Assembly: GCF_006345805.1 (NCBI RefSeq)
Contig: NC_043001.1
Coordinates: forward strand, 97,526,001 to 97,590,000
From: Octopus sinensis
Lineage: Eukaryota
Direction: 5' to 3'
DNA: 64,000 nt
In this document: positions 41,073-55,202 of the stretch, one piece after another
Layout of the letters: the number at the start of each line of letters is the position of its first letter
Position numbering within the stretch: position 1 is the stretch's first letter
Translations under genes and position numbers: made by a program
Notes under the pieces: model-generated
Databases searched by the model: none
What the model saw: only the letters and a program-made list of their open reading frames with translations
What the model was told of the DNA's origin: nothing

Positions 41073-42469
41073 AGAAAGAGTATACCTCTCACATACTTAA
41101 TATTTTGTATTAAATCAACAGCTTTACTTGCCCGTGATTTCTGCATCTTAACGGTCAATCATAGCATTGGCTGTACACATGGAAAAACTAATTGTCAATT
41201 ATGTTTTTACGTGCAACATTCATTATGCTATATAGTATTGATTTACTTTCAGACATTAGGTGTTTAATTATTCACTGAAGATGAAACACTTCCCTCTGTG
41301 CATATTTGTAACATCGTGACATGCTTTTGTATACAGTATGATATTTCATATCAGCACGCTTCGTTTTCTAATGACTAGGCATACAGTTCACATTAAGATT
41401 TAACTGATAACAATAACAGAAGGATTTGAACTTTCCTCAGGTATATTTCAAACAAAATACTTTAAATTCGCCTTCACTTCAAACTGACATCATGGTGACA
41501 CTTCGATGCATATTATATTTAATAAAACTCGCTGTACATGGCCTATCATAACAAATTAGCATCGAATATCCAGTTGCAAGGGAATGCGACAGACTCAACT
41601 GAACTGAGAGTAATATATTACAAGAAAATAACACTGAAAAAAAAAACAAAAATAAAAGCAAGCAAAGCTATCGATCTTCTTTCTGGTGGCTAGTTTTAAA
41701 GTCAATATGCAGAAAAACAAAATGCAAACGTTAAAATTTACTTCGTGCGATAGTTCGCTGTTGCTGTCAAATTACGCCATTTTATTCTGAAAACAAATAT
41801 CCTAACAATATCATTTCTTTTCAAACTAGATTGTACCTACACGTTTTGTGTCAGGTTTTTCCATAAATTATTGAAAGTTCTGCTTGCCAGCTAAATATAT
41901 TAGAGTGTGTTCTTAACAGAAATAGACAGACAAATATTTATACGGGTGTTTGTATGTATTGTTGTTGCTATTTAAGTGGCTGGGTTTTTTTAAGGTAATT
42001 CTTCAGTGAATATTATACGCATTGATAAAAAAAAATTCAGTACCTGAAATGTACGCAGCAATTTCATATTTCAATCTCAACGTATCTCGTGAGTGACGCA
42101 AAAATATACATTAATAACGTTACACTAAATAGGATATGTATCTATGAAATCTGAGTGCAGGGTATTTTCGTTATTAAATATCAAATAATTGATACAATTC
42201 TCTAAAATGTTGATATTCAAACACTCTTGGCGTCTTATTGAAACTTACAGAATTACGACAAAATGGTTCGTGTTTTTGCTTCTAAATCAACTTGGTAAAT
42301 GATTGGTATTGAAGATGAATCAATTTAGTAACTTGTTAAATATCTGAGTGAATATGAAATAATGAGGTCTCTTAAAGTTAAGCTGAAGATAGATAAGTGG
42401 ATAAAATTCCATTAAATTTATTGTAAGTGGTGTGCAAATAAAGGCGTCATCATCATCACACGATCGTCA

Positions 42470-42558
42470 TTATTCTTCTTCTTCTTCTTCTTCTTCTTCT
42501 TCTTCTTCTTCTTCTTCTTCTTCTTCTTCTTCTTCTTCTTCTTCTTCTTCTTCTTCTC

Positions 42559-42589
<31 letters not shown>

Positions 42590-42634
42590 TTCTCCTCCTC
42601 CTCCTCCTTCTTCTTCTTCTTCTTCTTCTTCTTC

Positions 42635-42690
<56 letters not shown>
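42470..42690. repeat. trinucleotide compound repeat (TCT)n/(CCT)n/(TAT)n
   Basis: Read directly; source of the poly-S/Y/R/I ORFs. Confidence 0.95.
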
Positions 42691-42886
42691 GACGGTGGTG
42701 AGCTGGCAGAATCGTTAGCGCTCCAGGATGCAATAGTTAGTGGTATTACGTCCATCATTACTTTCTGAGTTCAAATTCCGCTGAGGTTCACTTTGCCTGT
42801 CATACTTTCCAGGTCAATAAAATAAGTACCAGTAAAGCACTGGAGTAATGTGATCCACCCACCCCTTCCCTAAAATTTCAGGCCTT
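42691..42886 (+). mobile_element. family-B SINE (3' part repeated at 43208-43350)
   Basis: ggtggtgagctggcagaatcgttagc head; 42764-42886 repeated at 43208-43330. Confidence 0.85.
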
Positions 42887-43210
42887 GTTTTTAGATTCCA
42901 CATTCTGGTTACCTCTATTTCCAGGTCTTTGTATTTTGAAAGTTTCTCCATTTCTTTTAGAGACACGTTGTCATCTGCCGGTATTGATACATCAATCAGA
43001 AGGCATTTTTCCTTCATGATCTCTGACAACTATATCGGGTCTGTTGGCCTTAATTTCTCTATCTGTGTGTATCGGCATATCCCAGAGTATGGTTGCTTTC
43101 TCGTTTTCTGTGACCTTTTCTGGTGTGTGCCTATACCATCTTTTTTCTGTTGTTATTCCATAATGTTGGAATAGCTTCCAGTGTATGTAGATTCCAACTC
43201 TGTCATGTCT
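42886..43210 (-). mobile_element. R4/Dong-type non-LTR retrotransposon fragment (restriction-like endonuclease)
   Basis: RHDRVGIYIHWKL..ENEKATILWDMPIHTDREIKANRPDIVV and KCLLIDVSIPADDNVSLKEMEKLSKYKDLEIEVTRMWNLK (ORFs 42992..43225, 42814..43029): PD..D..K RLE signature. Confidence 0.9.
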
Positions 43211-43391
43211 GAGTTCAAATTCCACTGAGGTTCACTTCGCCTGTCATACATTCCGGGTCAATAAAATAAGTACCAGTCAAGCACTGGAGTAATGTGATCC
43301 AAACACCCCTTCCCTAAAATTTCAGGCCTTTTGCTTATGGTAGAAAAGATTTGTATTGTTGTAATAATAATAACAATTATTATCATTATCA

Positions 43392-43712
43392 TTCAGTAGT
43401 TTTATTTTTATAGCGTGCTTTCACTTCACTAACCAGCGCAGCTCTGTGTGCCTTGGGTATGTGCTGTGATTTGTTGTGATGCTCAGATGGTTATTGTATG
43501 GAAAGTGTTCTGCGTAGGATGTGTGCAGTGCCTAGTAGTGCAATTTTCTGTATGTTATGTGTTTGTAAGTCCTGGTGTGTTTGTTATGTATTTGTCTGAA
43601 TATTTTTTTATCATGCCTAATGCACCTACTATGATAGGAATTGTTTCTGTTTTTAGATTCCACATTCTGGTTACCTCTATTTCCAGGTCTTTGTATTTTG
43701 AAAGTTTCTCCA

Positions 43713-43716
<4 letters not shown>
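43392..43716 (-). mobile_element. R4/Dong-type LINE 3' end with UTR and TAA-like tail, 5'-truncated
   Basis: EKLSKYKDLEIEVTRMWNLKTETIPIIVGALG..QKIALLGTAHILRRTL*; both ends abut TTA/TAA repeats. Confidence 0.9.
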
Positions 43717-43988
<272 letters not shown>

Positions 43989-44935
43989 GCATTTGCACAA
44001 CTTCTAACGCTAGAGATGTATTACAGTTTCAGCTGTTCACTACCAGTGAAGTAAGGTAGCCCTTCTTATTTTTCGAGTACCATCAGGACTATTCGAGCGG
44101 TTCGAAGCAGTGCTGTTTTCTGCAAGTGCTCCACACTTATTGCAGCTCCTATTTCTTCCACGTACTTCTCGAGTGGTTCACTTACTGTTCCGTGGGCTCC
44201 GACAATTATTGTTAATAGTGCTACCTTTTTCATCGACCATAACTGCTTAACTTCCCAACCTAACCTGTGATATCTCACGACTTTTCTTTCTTCCTTATTG
44301 CATACCTAGTTTTCTGCTTGGCATGCTATGTCTATGATCCAGCATAGTTTGTTTTCTTTCTCAATTAAGACTATGTCTGGCTTCCTATTCTCAATCTCAT
44401 GGTCGCACTGAATCATGAAATCGCATAGGATTATTTCATTTCCATTTTAGACGATGCCTTCCGGTGTGTGGTCGTACAATGTTTTGCCCTGTCAAGTCCA
44501 TACTTCTTGCAAAGTGTCCATTGGACAAGCCTGGCTATATTGTCGCGGCGTCACTTATATTCCTTCTGGGCTAGTGGCGTACATTGGTTGGTAATGTGCC
44601 AAACGGTTTCACTATTTTGTCAACAGATACTGCACTTATCACTTTCTGATGTGTTATCTAATCTGTATTTTATGTAGTTTATTGTTAGTGCTTGCTCTGA
44701 GGCAGCACAGATTAGAGCCTCCGTTTCCGGTTTTAAATGACTTTTAGCCATCCACAGCCATTTTTTTTCTCTGTTTGTCTTATCTTAAAGATCCCTATGA
44801 AATTGATCATGCAATATGTTCTTTACCCACCCATTTTCCGTTTCATTCGTTTTCAATTTCTTGTATAGTGCTTTATCTTTGCAATCTTTCATCCTGCACA
44901 AGCCTGACCTTCTTACCTCTAATAATAGCCATTTA
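43989..44935 (-). mobile_element. second, more diverged R4/Dong-type LINE, 5'-truncated, with CCHC knuckle and RLE
   Basis: WLWMAKSHLKPETEALICAA..DKCSIC*QNSETVWHITNQC..EIENRKPDIVL..IIDIAC..IIVGAHG..LQKTALL; (TAA)n on both sides. Confidence 0.9.
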
Positions 44936-44967
44936 TTAATATTATTATTATTATTGTTGTTGTTATT

Positions 44968-45029
<62 letters not shown>

Positions 45030-45124
45030 CATTATTATTATTATTATTATTATCATCATTATTATTATTATTATTATTATTATCATCATCATCATAATTA
45101 TTATTATTATTATTATTATTATTA

Positions 45125-45181
<57 letters not shown>
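44936..45181. repeat. (TTA)n microsatellite
   Basis: Read directly. Confidence 0.95.
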
Positions 45182-45187
<6 letters not shown>

Positions 45188-45250
45188 TCACTGCCTGGAA
45201 TCGAACTCGGAATCTTTGGCTTAGTAGCCCGCGTTCGTAACCACTACGCC
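45182..45250 (-). mobile_element. tRNA-head mini-SINE ending directly in (TAA)n
   Basis: Reverse complement ggcgtagtggttacgaacgcgggctact..gagttcgattccaggcagtgacctgaa(taa)n; related copy at 54115-54182. Confidence 0.75.
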
Positions 45251-45304
45251 GTATACCCGAAAAAACTACCTAAAAATAAGAACCCAGGATCGAAATTTCC
45301 CCAA

Positions 45305-45350
45305 GATATCTAATGAAGGCTGGAGAATATATCAGCCGAAACGTTGTATT
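45305..45350 (+). ncRNA. minimal type I hammerhead motif in a short repeat (about 45258-45430)
   Basis: GATAT-CTAATGA-A-GGCTG(10 nt)CAGCC-GAA-ACGT-T-GTATT; G5 mutated to A. Confidence 0.65.
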
Positions 45351-45759
45351 AACAACAAACAAGATCCATGAAATGTAAATAATGTAAATAATGTACATAA
45401 CTCCTCATCTCTTAAATATAGAACTGTATTACATATATACATGTGTTAAGAAAAGACGATGATAAGACAAGTTCCAGTTTTTCTGATCATTAGTTCTTCA
45501 TGAATTTGCAGAGAAAAAAATATAAAATCAGTAATTTTGCAAAAGAAATAGAAACAGATATAAGTGAATGTCATTCTAAATATAATGCAAGTTGGTGGAA
45601 ACAGAAAGAGCGCGACTGTTACACGTTTCCTGGTATGTATGCTTGATCATGTCTAACCTCGAGGTAACATTTGTAAATCTAACTTGTAAAACGAATACAG
45701 AGAAACACACACAGAGACACATATGTATACATGCCTATGCATGTATACCATATATTTAA

Positions 45760-45761
45760 GC

Positions 45762-45793
<32 letters not shown>

Positions 45794-45795
45794 TA

Positions 45796-45826
<31 letters not shown>

Positions 45827-45901
45827 GATGTATGTGTTTATATATATATATATTATATATATATATATATGATGTATGTATATTATATATATATATATTT
45901 T

Positions 45902-45933
<32 letters not shown>

Positions 45934-46003
45934 ATCGATGTATGTATGTTCATATATCTATGAATGTACGTATGTTCATGTATGTATGTATATAATATAT
46001 ATA

Positions 46004-46042
<39 letters not shown>

Positions 46043-46051
46043 TATAATATA

Positions 46052-46148
<97 letters not shown>

Positions 46149-46150
46149 CT
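45760..46150. repeat. (TA)n-rich microsatellite block
   Basis: Read directly. Confidence 0.9.
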
Positions 46151-47377
46151 ATTTGTACATATGTAGCTACTATAAGTACATATGTAATTGGATATCAATA
46201 TATGCGTGTTCGTATATGTGAGAGATATGGCAGACATAATACTGCCAACGATAGATAGGAAAACAGAGAAAGTGGACATAATACTGACACACAACTAAGA
46301 CGTAAAATAGGTCAAGTATTTTTCATCCAGTCTGGCCTTCATTGTCTTATTTCCACAATTTTCATCATAAAAGCAGCGACTAACATCCCCGCCATAAAAT
46401 TCTTTGTCACCGGTCCTGTAATTGACAGGCGACTTAACAAAACATGTAGTGTGTATACGTGAATGATTTTGTTCGGGTTTCCGCATGTATAAGCCTATAG
46501 AACATATATAACGACATAGATACCTGACTATATACTCTGGCATTAAAAGAAAAAAAGATGTTCATAAAATAGGAGTCCTAACAATAGTTATATCTTTGGT
46601 TGGAGGCAATTTAAGAAGCAGTATTGACAGCAATGTTGGGAAAATAGACGATCAGGAGCAAAAAGAAAAATTGGATACGAGACTGAGTGGAATAGCTATA
46701 CATGTATGTGCGTATATTTATGTGATATTCTTTACATGACGAAACCTTATAGATATTTGGCAATCCAGATCGATCATCACATTGAGTGATGAGTAACATT
46801 TCCATGAGTGATGAAAGTAAATCAACTTCTCACTGGTGAGCAAGAATACCTTTATTGATAGCAGAAAATTCAGTCTGGATGATATGAAACAGGTACATTC
46901 GTGACTACAGGTAATCAATCTAAAAAATATCGTTACTGTTTGAGACAAACGGCAAATAGAGTTTAACATCCTAGTGGTCATGGATATTCGGGGTGCCTGA
47001 AATATTGGAATTTCAATTTTTAAAGGCAAAAACACATACAAAAAATTGTAAATGCAAAAATACATACAAACAACATTTTACTTAATTGTATATAGTATTA
47101 ACAGTGACTAGCAAGGAGATATGCTCATTATTAATACAGTTACTTATCTACATAAACTACGCAGTCGCAAATAAGACTCTCGGACTTACCAAGTGATAAT
47201 AGTTACTGGAGTCTAGCTACTGAATATTGACTCCGGTACCACCAAAGGGTTCCCTGCCTTTAGCTGGCATATAAAACATGATATAATATGAAACATGGTA
47301 AACGTCAGCATTTTATATATCCCTTCCAACACTTTATATATACATATACATATACATGTTATATATGTATATATATA

Positions 47378-47423
<46 letters not shown>

Positions 47424-47594
47424 TATATATAACATATATATTACATATATATATATATAGATACATATATATATACATACATATATTATATATATATATA
47501 TATATGTATATGAATATATATAAATGTGTGTACGCATATGTATTTAAAACTTCCTCTGATATGTGAAATTTTTAACACTATTCAATTCTATACG

Positions 47595-47782
47595 TAAGTG
47601 GCTCTTGAGTAGGTAGTTTTTCTTACGAACCACATGGTTACGGGTTAGGTCACACTACGGGGCACCTTCTTCTATAGCCTCAGAATAAGTACTAGGCTTA
47701 CAAAGAATAAGTCCCCGGGCCGATTTGCTCGACTAAATGCGGTGCTTCAGCATGGCCACAGTCACATGACTGAAACAAGTGA
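47595..47782 (+). mobile_element. family-A SINE with internal deletion (head fused to tail)
   Basis: Head ..cttctatagcctc is joined directly to the agaataagtactaggcttacaaagaataagtc.. tail. Confidence 0.75.
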
Positions 47783-47811
47783 TAGATTATAATATATGTA
47801 TATATATATAA

Positions 47812-47853
<42 letters not shown>

Positions 47854-47943
47854 TATGTATACATATATATACATATATACATGTAAATGTAAATATATAA
47901 ATATATATATATACACATATACATGTATATCTATACATATATA

Positions 47944-48456
47944 TCTATATATATAAAACTGTAGTTGTGTGAGTGTCTGTCCCCTTCGATTTAGATTCCT
48001 AACTACTCCCACATTTTGCGGTGCAGTTTAACCAAATTCGGGTATCCTATAGTCGTGATTCATATCGAGCCCGTCTGAGTAATAGCGCGCGTCTACGATG
48101 AGTCTATAATTTTAAAAATAATTAACATCATCATTTTTTATTCCATTTTAATGCATAATTTTTCGTGTGTCGATGGAGGCAGAGTTGGCGTCCATGGTCA
48201 CACCTGCCTGTTGCTTCTCCCCCTTCTTTCCCCTCCCTCGTGAAGCTGTGGGGAAGGGATGTGCGGAAATCAACGTCGTAAAGCGTTGTCAAGGAGACCA
48301 GCGTTCTTTTAGAACAACCACTTCATGGCTTGAAGTCGCCAAAACAGAAATGGCTAAGAAAGCCCGAATTGGCATCTATAAGGGAAGTAACTCTCTAAAA
48401 ATGCTTATATAGTTATTTCCCTTACAAACCCGAGCAACGCCGGGCGATACTGCTAG
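47944..48456 (+). mobile_element. non-autonomous Helitron
   Basis: A|TCTATATATATAAAAC 5' end; 3' hairpin cccgagcaacgccggg (48429-48444), then CTAG|T at 48453-48457. Confidence 0.9.
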
Positions 48457-48463
48457 TATATAT

Positions 48464-48503
<40 letters not shown>

Positions 48504-48522
48504 CATATACATACATACATAT

Positions 48523-48760
48523 AAAAATATAAAAAGTAACGTAAGGATTACACCGCATAATATTTACGATCATAACTATCCGTGCGTGTATGCGTTGGTG
48601 CATATACACATACACACATATATATGTATGTATGTACATATATGGGTATGTATGCATATATACGTATGTACATTTACATGTGTATATATATATATAACCA
48701 TAACTCGAATTATTACGAATTGTACAGCCATGAAACGATCGTAGTGTATATATATATACG

Positions 48761-48809
<49 letters not shown>

Positions 48810-49163
48810 CATATAAAACCACTATTAGACAAATCATACAATGGAAAACTTAAGCCAATACATAAATTTAATTAATTTATATTATTTTAAATATATATCA
48901 AAAGTATTAAAAGTTTAATAAGAGATAAAGAGTAAAACACTACGATCGTTTCATGGCTGTACAATTCGTAATAATTCGAGTTATGGTTATATATATATAC
49001 ATATACACATGTAAATGTACATACGTATATATACATACATACCCATATGTACATACATATATATATATGTGTGTGTGTGTACATGCACCAACGCATACAC
49101 GCACGGATAGTTATGATCGTAACTATTATGCGGTGTAATCCTTATGTTACTTTTTATATTTTT
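48523..49163. mobile_element. foldback element with about 225-bp inverted arms
   Basis: 48523-48747 is the near-exact reverse complement of 48937-49163; 190-bp AT-rich spacer. Confidence 0.9.
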
Positions 49164-50129
49164 TGGCAGTAATAAAGGAAGAAAACCATTTTACGTAGGC
49201 ACAATTTTTACGTCTGGCTCGACTCATATGCACTGCATATTCTTAGTTATTCTTAGTTGGTGTTTCTTTAGATGAAAAAGATTCACCGTCTTATTGCACT
49301 TCATTCTTTAATATTTCTCCTACTGTAAATATACACGCAGAGACGGACATTCTATCTCTCTTTTTCTCTCTTTGTCTCCCTCTCTCTCTAAATATATATG
49401 TGTGTATGTGCAGTAATATACATATATATATGTATGTATATATATATATATATATAATTATATATATATATATGCCTATATATATCCATATATGTGTGTA
49501 TATACATGCATAAATGTGTGTGTGCATGTATGCCCTTATATATATATATATTGATATGTATCTACCATTGATTTATAGACAAACATACATAAATATATAC
49601 GTATATATATTTGTATATGCCCTATCTGTGAATGCCTACAAGTAGTTACTTGTGGGCAATGTATACGCGAAAATATGTGTTTGTAGGTGTGGATACGTAT
49701 GTGAACATGAGTCTAATAATATACAACTTCTAAATAAGCATTATGTCTAAACATAGTTTTGTTTCAAAATATCTGAATTAGACCGAACTTAGTGTACCAA
49801 TATGGCAGATTTTTTATTTTTCTTACATATTGATGTGCGCGTTTTTAGATGTTTTTACATACGTCTAACACGAGTGAGTTTTTTTTTTTTTCAATTTCGC
49901 AGACAAGAGCATACAAAGTACAAAAAGGCACACATGTAGAAAAATGCACATGGAAATACAGCAACATATCTATTATTGTTTAATGTACGTATTATTTTTT
50001 GTTTGTCTATTTTATTCCTTCAGATGATTGATGGCCAACAATTCAGAGGAATGAGATTAGTTATATTGACGTTTTAAACACGCACCATAAATTACGAGTT
50101 ATGTATTTAAATAATATATATTCATACAC

Positions 50130-50243
50130 ACACACATACAGATGCACACATACATATGTGCATATATATATATGTACACGCACACATATATATTCATAAA
50201 TACCTATATAAAACATAAATACATACATACATGCGTGTGCATA

Positions 50244-50339
<96 letters not shown>

Positions 50340-50528
50340 TTATAAATGAACCCACACACATATAATCATGTGTTATGTGTGTGTGGGCTAGGGTTTCTCT
50401 GTTCTTATTTGCATTTATGGGCATGGGCTTTTCGATATATAATATAAATCGTTTTTCCTCCCATTCTCTGTTATATATAAATGTTGTGTGTGTTTGCATA
50501 TATATATATATATATATATAATATATAT

Positions 50529-50602
<74 letters not shown>

Positions 50603-50659
50603 TATATTTATGTATATATATATATATATACATATGCATACACAGACACACCACACAAC

Positions 50660-50696
<37 letters not shown>

Positions 50697-50709
50697 CCAT
50701 GCATACACA

Positions 50710-50761
<52 letters not shown>

Positions 50762-50776
50762 AAGCTTTCCCTCCCT

Positions 50777-50822
<46 letters not shown>

Positions 50823-50840
50823 TTCTATATATACAGTTAT
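50130..50840. repeat. (TA)n/(CA)n microsatellite cluster
   Basis: Read directly. Confidence 0.9.
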
Positions 50841-52561
50841 GTATATTTAGCCAATTTCAGTATATAAGTGAAAACACTCTATTTGTCAAATGAATATGAA
50901 TAATCTCGATTTATGAAAATGGAACTGGAAGTAACATTGTGAAGGGAAAGAAGAAATATATAACAATCACATCAAGGAAACAACGGAAAAAAACAGCAAA
51001 AATAATATATGTACGAACATTTCGATAAGAAAACTGTGCATAGAATTTTTTCCTAACCAGTCAGAAAAATTTTAATTTATTGTCTGTGCTGTATATTATA
51101 TTTTTTCTACATACTTACATGCCCCCACCACATATATAGGAATGAATATATATATATATATATGTGTGTGTGTATCTATGTATGCATGTATGTATATTTA
51201 TGCATGGAGGCAAACAAAATTGTATTGGATAAATTTTAATGAATAATTACCAAAATGATAACAAAGAAGAAAACATTGAAATTACTAAAAATAAAATAAA
51301 AGTGAAAGTAAAATTACTAAAAATATATTATATTTGCACCGAATGTTTACGTTTTTCTGTTTATGATAAAATTCGATATGCACGATTAAAATGACGCGCT
51401 CATAAATATTATGTGAACTGTTATATTATCTAAATGATCCCTCATATAAAATGTCTTAGTTTTCTTTTGTGATATATCTATAAATGAGACTTTTAGTCAC
51501 CCCTAGTATTGGTTCGTCCTATATTATCAACGAGGAAATTCGATCACATCTTACTGCATCACAGTTTCTTAATACTTCATAAGTTTCTCTTCATATTTTT
51601 CACATGGATATTTTCTAAGGTACACCGGTGACTTTTTTTCTCATATCTTCTAGTATTATAAAATCACAAGAGGCCGTAAGCTAGAGCCAAATTTAGCGCT
51701 TTGTTGGGTTCGTTCGGTGTCACGTCCTTTCCATTATTATGGGAAATATTTCACTTGAATATGTGCAAAATAATTTCAAACACCATGCTTTACTACATTG
51801 GTGAATATATTATCAGCTAGTTCAGAAATTGACTAGAACATCCTGCTCAAATCGAATACAACTGCCTACGCTTCTGCCTGAATTTGTTAGTACAGATATT
51901 TTAGCGATAGTCATTCATCAGAAATAACTGCATTCTAATCAAAGATTTCTGTACTGACAAAATACCAAAACTATATTTGATGTATTATCGGGGATAATTT
52001 TCTTTCATTGCACTAAATTTCTAAATATCACATTAATAATAAAATCAATTTTGTAGCAGTATAATCCTGGAAAGCTAATTGTCTCTGTTTGTTTAAGACC
52101 AAACCATAGTCTAACTTTTTCATTAATTTAATTATAATTGTTCTCCATATTATAAAACACTACGTAATTAATCTTTAATCTACGTCAGTGGATTCCTTCA
52201 GTAGATGGAATTATTCTAATAAAATCTTATACGACATATGTTACTTTGACATGTACGGGGTACTACTTTAGCACATCGCTATACGAACAAACATCAGTTG
52301 ATTTTCATTTCTTACTAATTGCTGGTATACACACTTTATGAGGAGGTTAATATATTTTGGTTTCGAATTCTGTATGAAGGAGAATCAGACAACGTTGTAT
52401 CAAGCACGTACTCACCTGGACACATACACACATACAGACACACTCACATATATGTACACATATTCAACAACATGCAGATACCTATACACACATACATGCA
52501 TACGTTCATAGATACATATATAGACATATATCTATATATATATATATATATATGTTATGTA

Positions 52562-52614
<53 letters not shown>

Positions 52615-52655
52615 ATATATATATATATATATGTGCGCGTGTGTATGTATGTATG

Positions 52656-52686
<31 letters not shown>

Positions 52687-52785
52687 GTTCATCCAACATG
52701 AAAACACAAAGAAAACACAACAACGCGAGGACTGTGGAACAAGTATAGTATTATTGGACCTCAGGAAGAAGGAAAGCAGGAGGGA

Positions 52786-52816
52786 TTAACGTTTCGAGCA
52801 GAGCTCTTCGTAAGAA
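52786..52816 (-). ncRNA. degenerate minimal hammerhead motif in a short repeat (about 52690-52900)
   Basis: Minus strand TT-CTTACGA-A-GAGC(tct)GCTC-GAA-ACGT-T-AA; G5 mutated; element flanked by (TA)n. Confidence 0.55.
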
Positions 52817-53029
52817 ACATACGAAAAAGAAAGATCCAAATAAGGGAAGACGGACGAAAAAAAATCGCCAACGGTACACACGCGGTCACATTTTGAATGT
52901 GTATATATATATTATATATATATATATAACATATTGTACAAGGCTAGTAGCGATAACTCTTGGGCACTAGTAAAATTCATTAAGTCCTGCGTTTGAATAT
53001 TGGCTTCAAATGTTCGGTTGTGGTTAACC

Positions 53030-53165
53030 GTTTCGGGGTAGAGGCTATGACGATTACATCGAACCCAGTGCTGAAAATTGTACATAATTTATTGACATCG
53101 AAAGGATGAAAAGCAAAGTCAATCTCAGCGGAATTTGAATTCCGGGCGTTAAGACGAATGAAGTA
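53030..53165 (-). mobile_element. decayed family-B SINE fragment
   Basis: cgaaaggatgaaaagcaaagtcaatctcagcggaatttgaatt matches reversed family B. Confidence 0.65.
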
Positions 53166-53516
53166 CCCGCCTTGTTAACTTTCACTTCCAGATATTGTAC
53201 GGAAATTATATGAGACACGTATGTGCAACTGTTTGTACAGAAAACAAATTGAATTTACATATCGGAAAGGTGAAATGAGAGGGTTTGAGCAAGGAACAAA
53301 AGAAGAGTAATCCCTCAAAATATCGCCGTTCACATATCGGGGCTTAATATTGATGCTTACGCCAATATTTCCGTGGTGTTGTTTTCATTTATAATAAAAT
53401 AAATAAGCACAAATTATAAAAATGAGTTTTAAAAAATTAACAGTAAGAGTACTCTTTCTACTTCACGGACTGTGTATCACCAACATTTGTTTTTAAATAA
53501 AGGATACACACACATA

Positions 53517-53563
<47 letters not shown>

Positions 53564-53570
53564 TATATAT

Positions 53571-53611
<41 letters not shown>

Positions 53612-53786
53612 TATAGCGATGCACTGTGCAACATATCGAAATTTGGTACAAATTAACTAGCAATTAACTTTGCTTTGGACGACTGTAGAATATTATTCTA
53701 TTCTGTATTTTAGAGATGAGGAATTCTGTACATTATTTATATTATTTACATTGGACAGATATGTGTCCTCATCTTGTTTGTTGTTA

Positions 53787-53830
53787 CCACAACGTTTCGG
53801 CCGATTTACTCACCAGTCTTCATCAGATGT
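53787..53830 (-). ncRNA. minimal type I hammerhead motif with intact core (element about 53697-53880)
   Basis: Minus strand ACAT-CTGATGA-A-GACTG(10 nt)CGGCC-GAA-ACGT-T-GTGG; same family as 45305-45350; stems I and II carry mismatches. Confidence 0.65.
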
Positions 53831-53874
53831 CCTGGTAGAATTTTGAACCTAGTCCTGGGATTTCATTCCTAGGA

Positions 53875-53879
<5 letters not shown>

Positions 53880-53930
<51 letters not shown>

Positions 53931-53981
53931 ATATATTTTACTATTATTATTATTATTATTATTATTATATTATTATTATTA

Positions 53982-54012
<31 letters not shown>

Positions 54013-54056
54013 TTACTATTATTATTTTATTATATTATTATTAATATTGTTTTTTG

Positions 54057-54088
<32 letters not shown>

Positions 54089-54182
54089 TATTATTATTAT
54101 TATTATTTTATTTATTCAAGGCACTGCCTGGAATTGAATTCGCAATCTTGTGATCGGTAGCTCGCTCTCTTAACCATTACGT
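53880..54182 (-). repeat. (TTA)n tract (53880-54114) plus tRNA-head mini-SINE (54115-54182)
   Basis: ttcaaggcactgcctggaattgaattcgcaatc.. is homologous to 45182-45250. Confidence 0.75.
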
Positions 54183-54813
54183 TCTATGTAGAAATGCATG
54201 TTGCAAATACATCAGAAGTTTTCATAGAACTACGAAATAAAATTATATCACGAAGTAAGATTATATTACATTCACTCACTATTCTTTATCTATTGGTCCG
54301 ACCTGGAATTGAACATATTTTGGTCAACCGTTACAACTACAGAGTATTGTACAACTACAGAGATCTAGAGCTTTTGTTCTATATATTCCTTTGTATATTT
54401 ATTGTTGATAACATTACCATCTCAATGTTAACTTCAGAAAACTTATAAAAGCACATATATTTGTTTAAGAAAAGTAAAATACTAATATAGTTAAAAGCTA
54501 AGATTTTTTTTCAGAAGTGAATTCCATTATTATTTCAGATAATAGATGGCGTTTAGATAATATTAATAATTCCCCCTGAGAAACAAATTGCATAAGAAAA
54601 TTATCTCATGGACTTGTAGATAGATCTCACTCCATATCTGCCTCTCATTCTTTTTGAATACACACATACACACACAAGCAAACACACACACATATACACA
54701 TACACACATACACACATACACATACACATATACATATATATATATATAACTGTATATGCATATATATACCACATATATATATATATACATATATATGTAT
54801 ATACTTATATATA

Positions 54814-54861
<48 letters not shown>

Positions 54862-55154
54862 AGTATGTATGTATGTATGTATATATGCATGCATTTTCGT
54901 CTGCAATACTTTCTCATACAATGTAGAGAAAATGTACATGATTTATAAAATGGAGTATTTTCTTAAAATTTGTTTTATATCTGTCACTTTTTCTTTCTTT
55001 TGTTGCTAATATTTTACCAAATACATAGATATTTTTCTCAACGAAAGCTTTTACTGCGCCCTTATTCGTGTTTACGGGGATACACGTGATATACATACAG
55101 ACATATATATGTATATATAATGTGAGTATGTGTGTTTGTGTGTATGAGAGAGTC

Positions 55155-55202
<48 letters not shown>

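Noticed and set aside
45182-45250. Possible genuine tRNA gene
   Set aside because: Acceptor stem is incomplete, it runs into (TAA)n and a related copy exists at 54115; treated as a SINE head, as are all other tRNA-like boxes.
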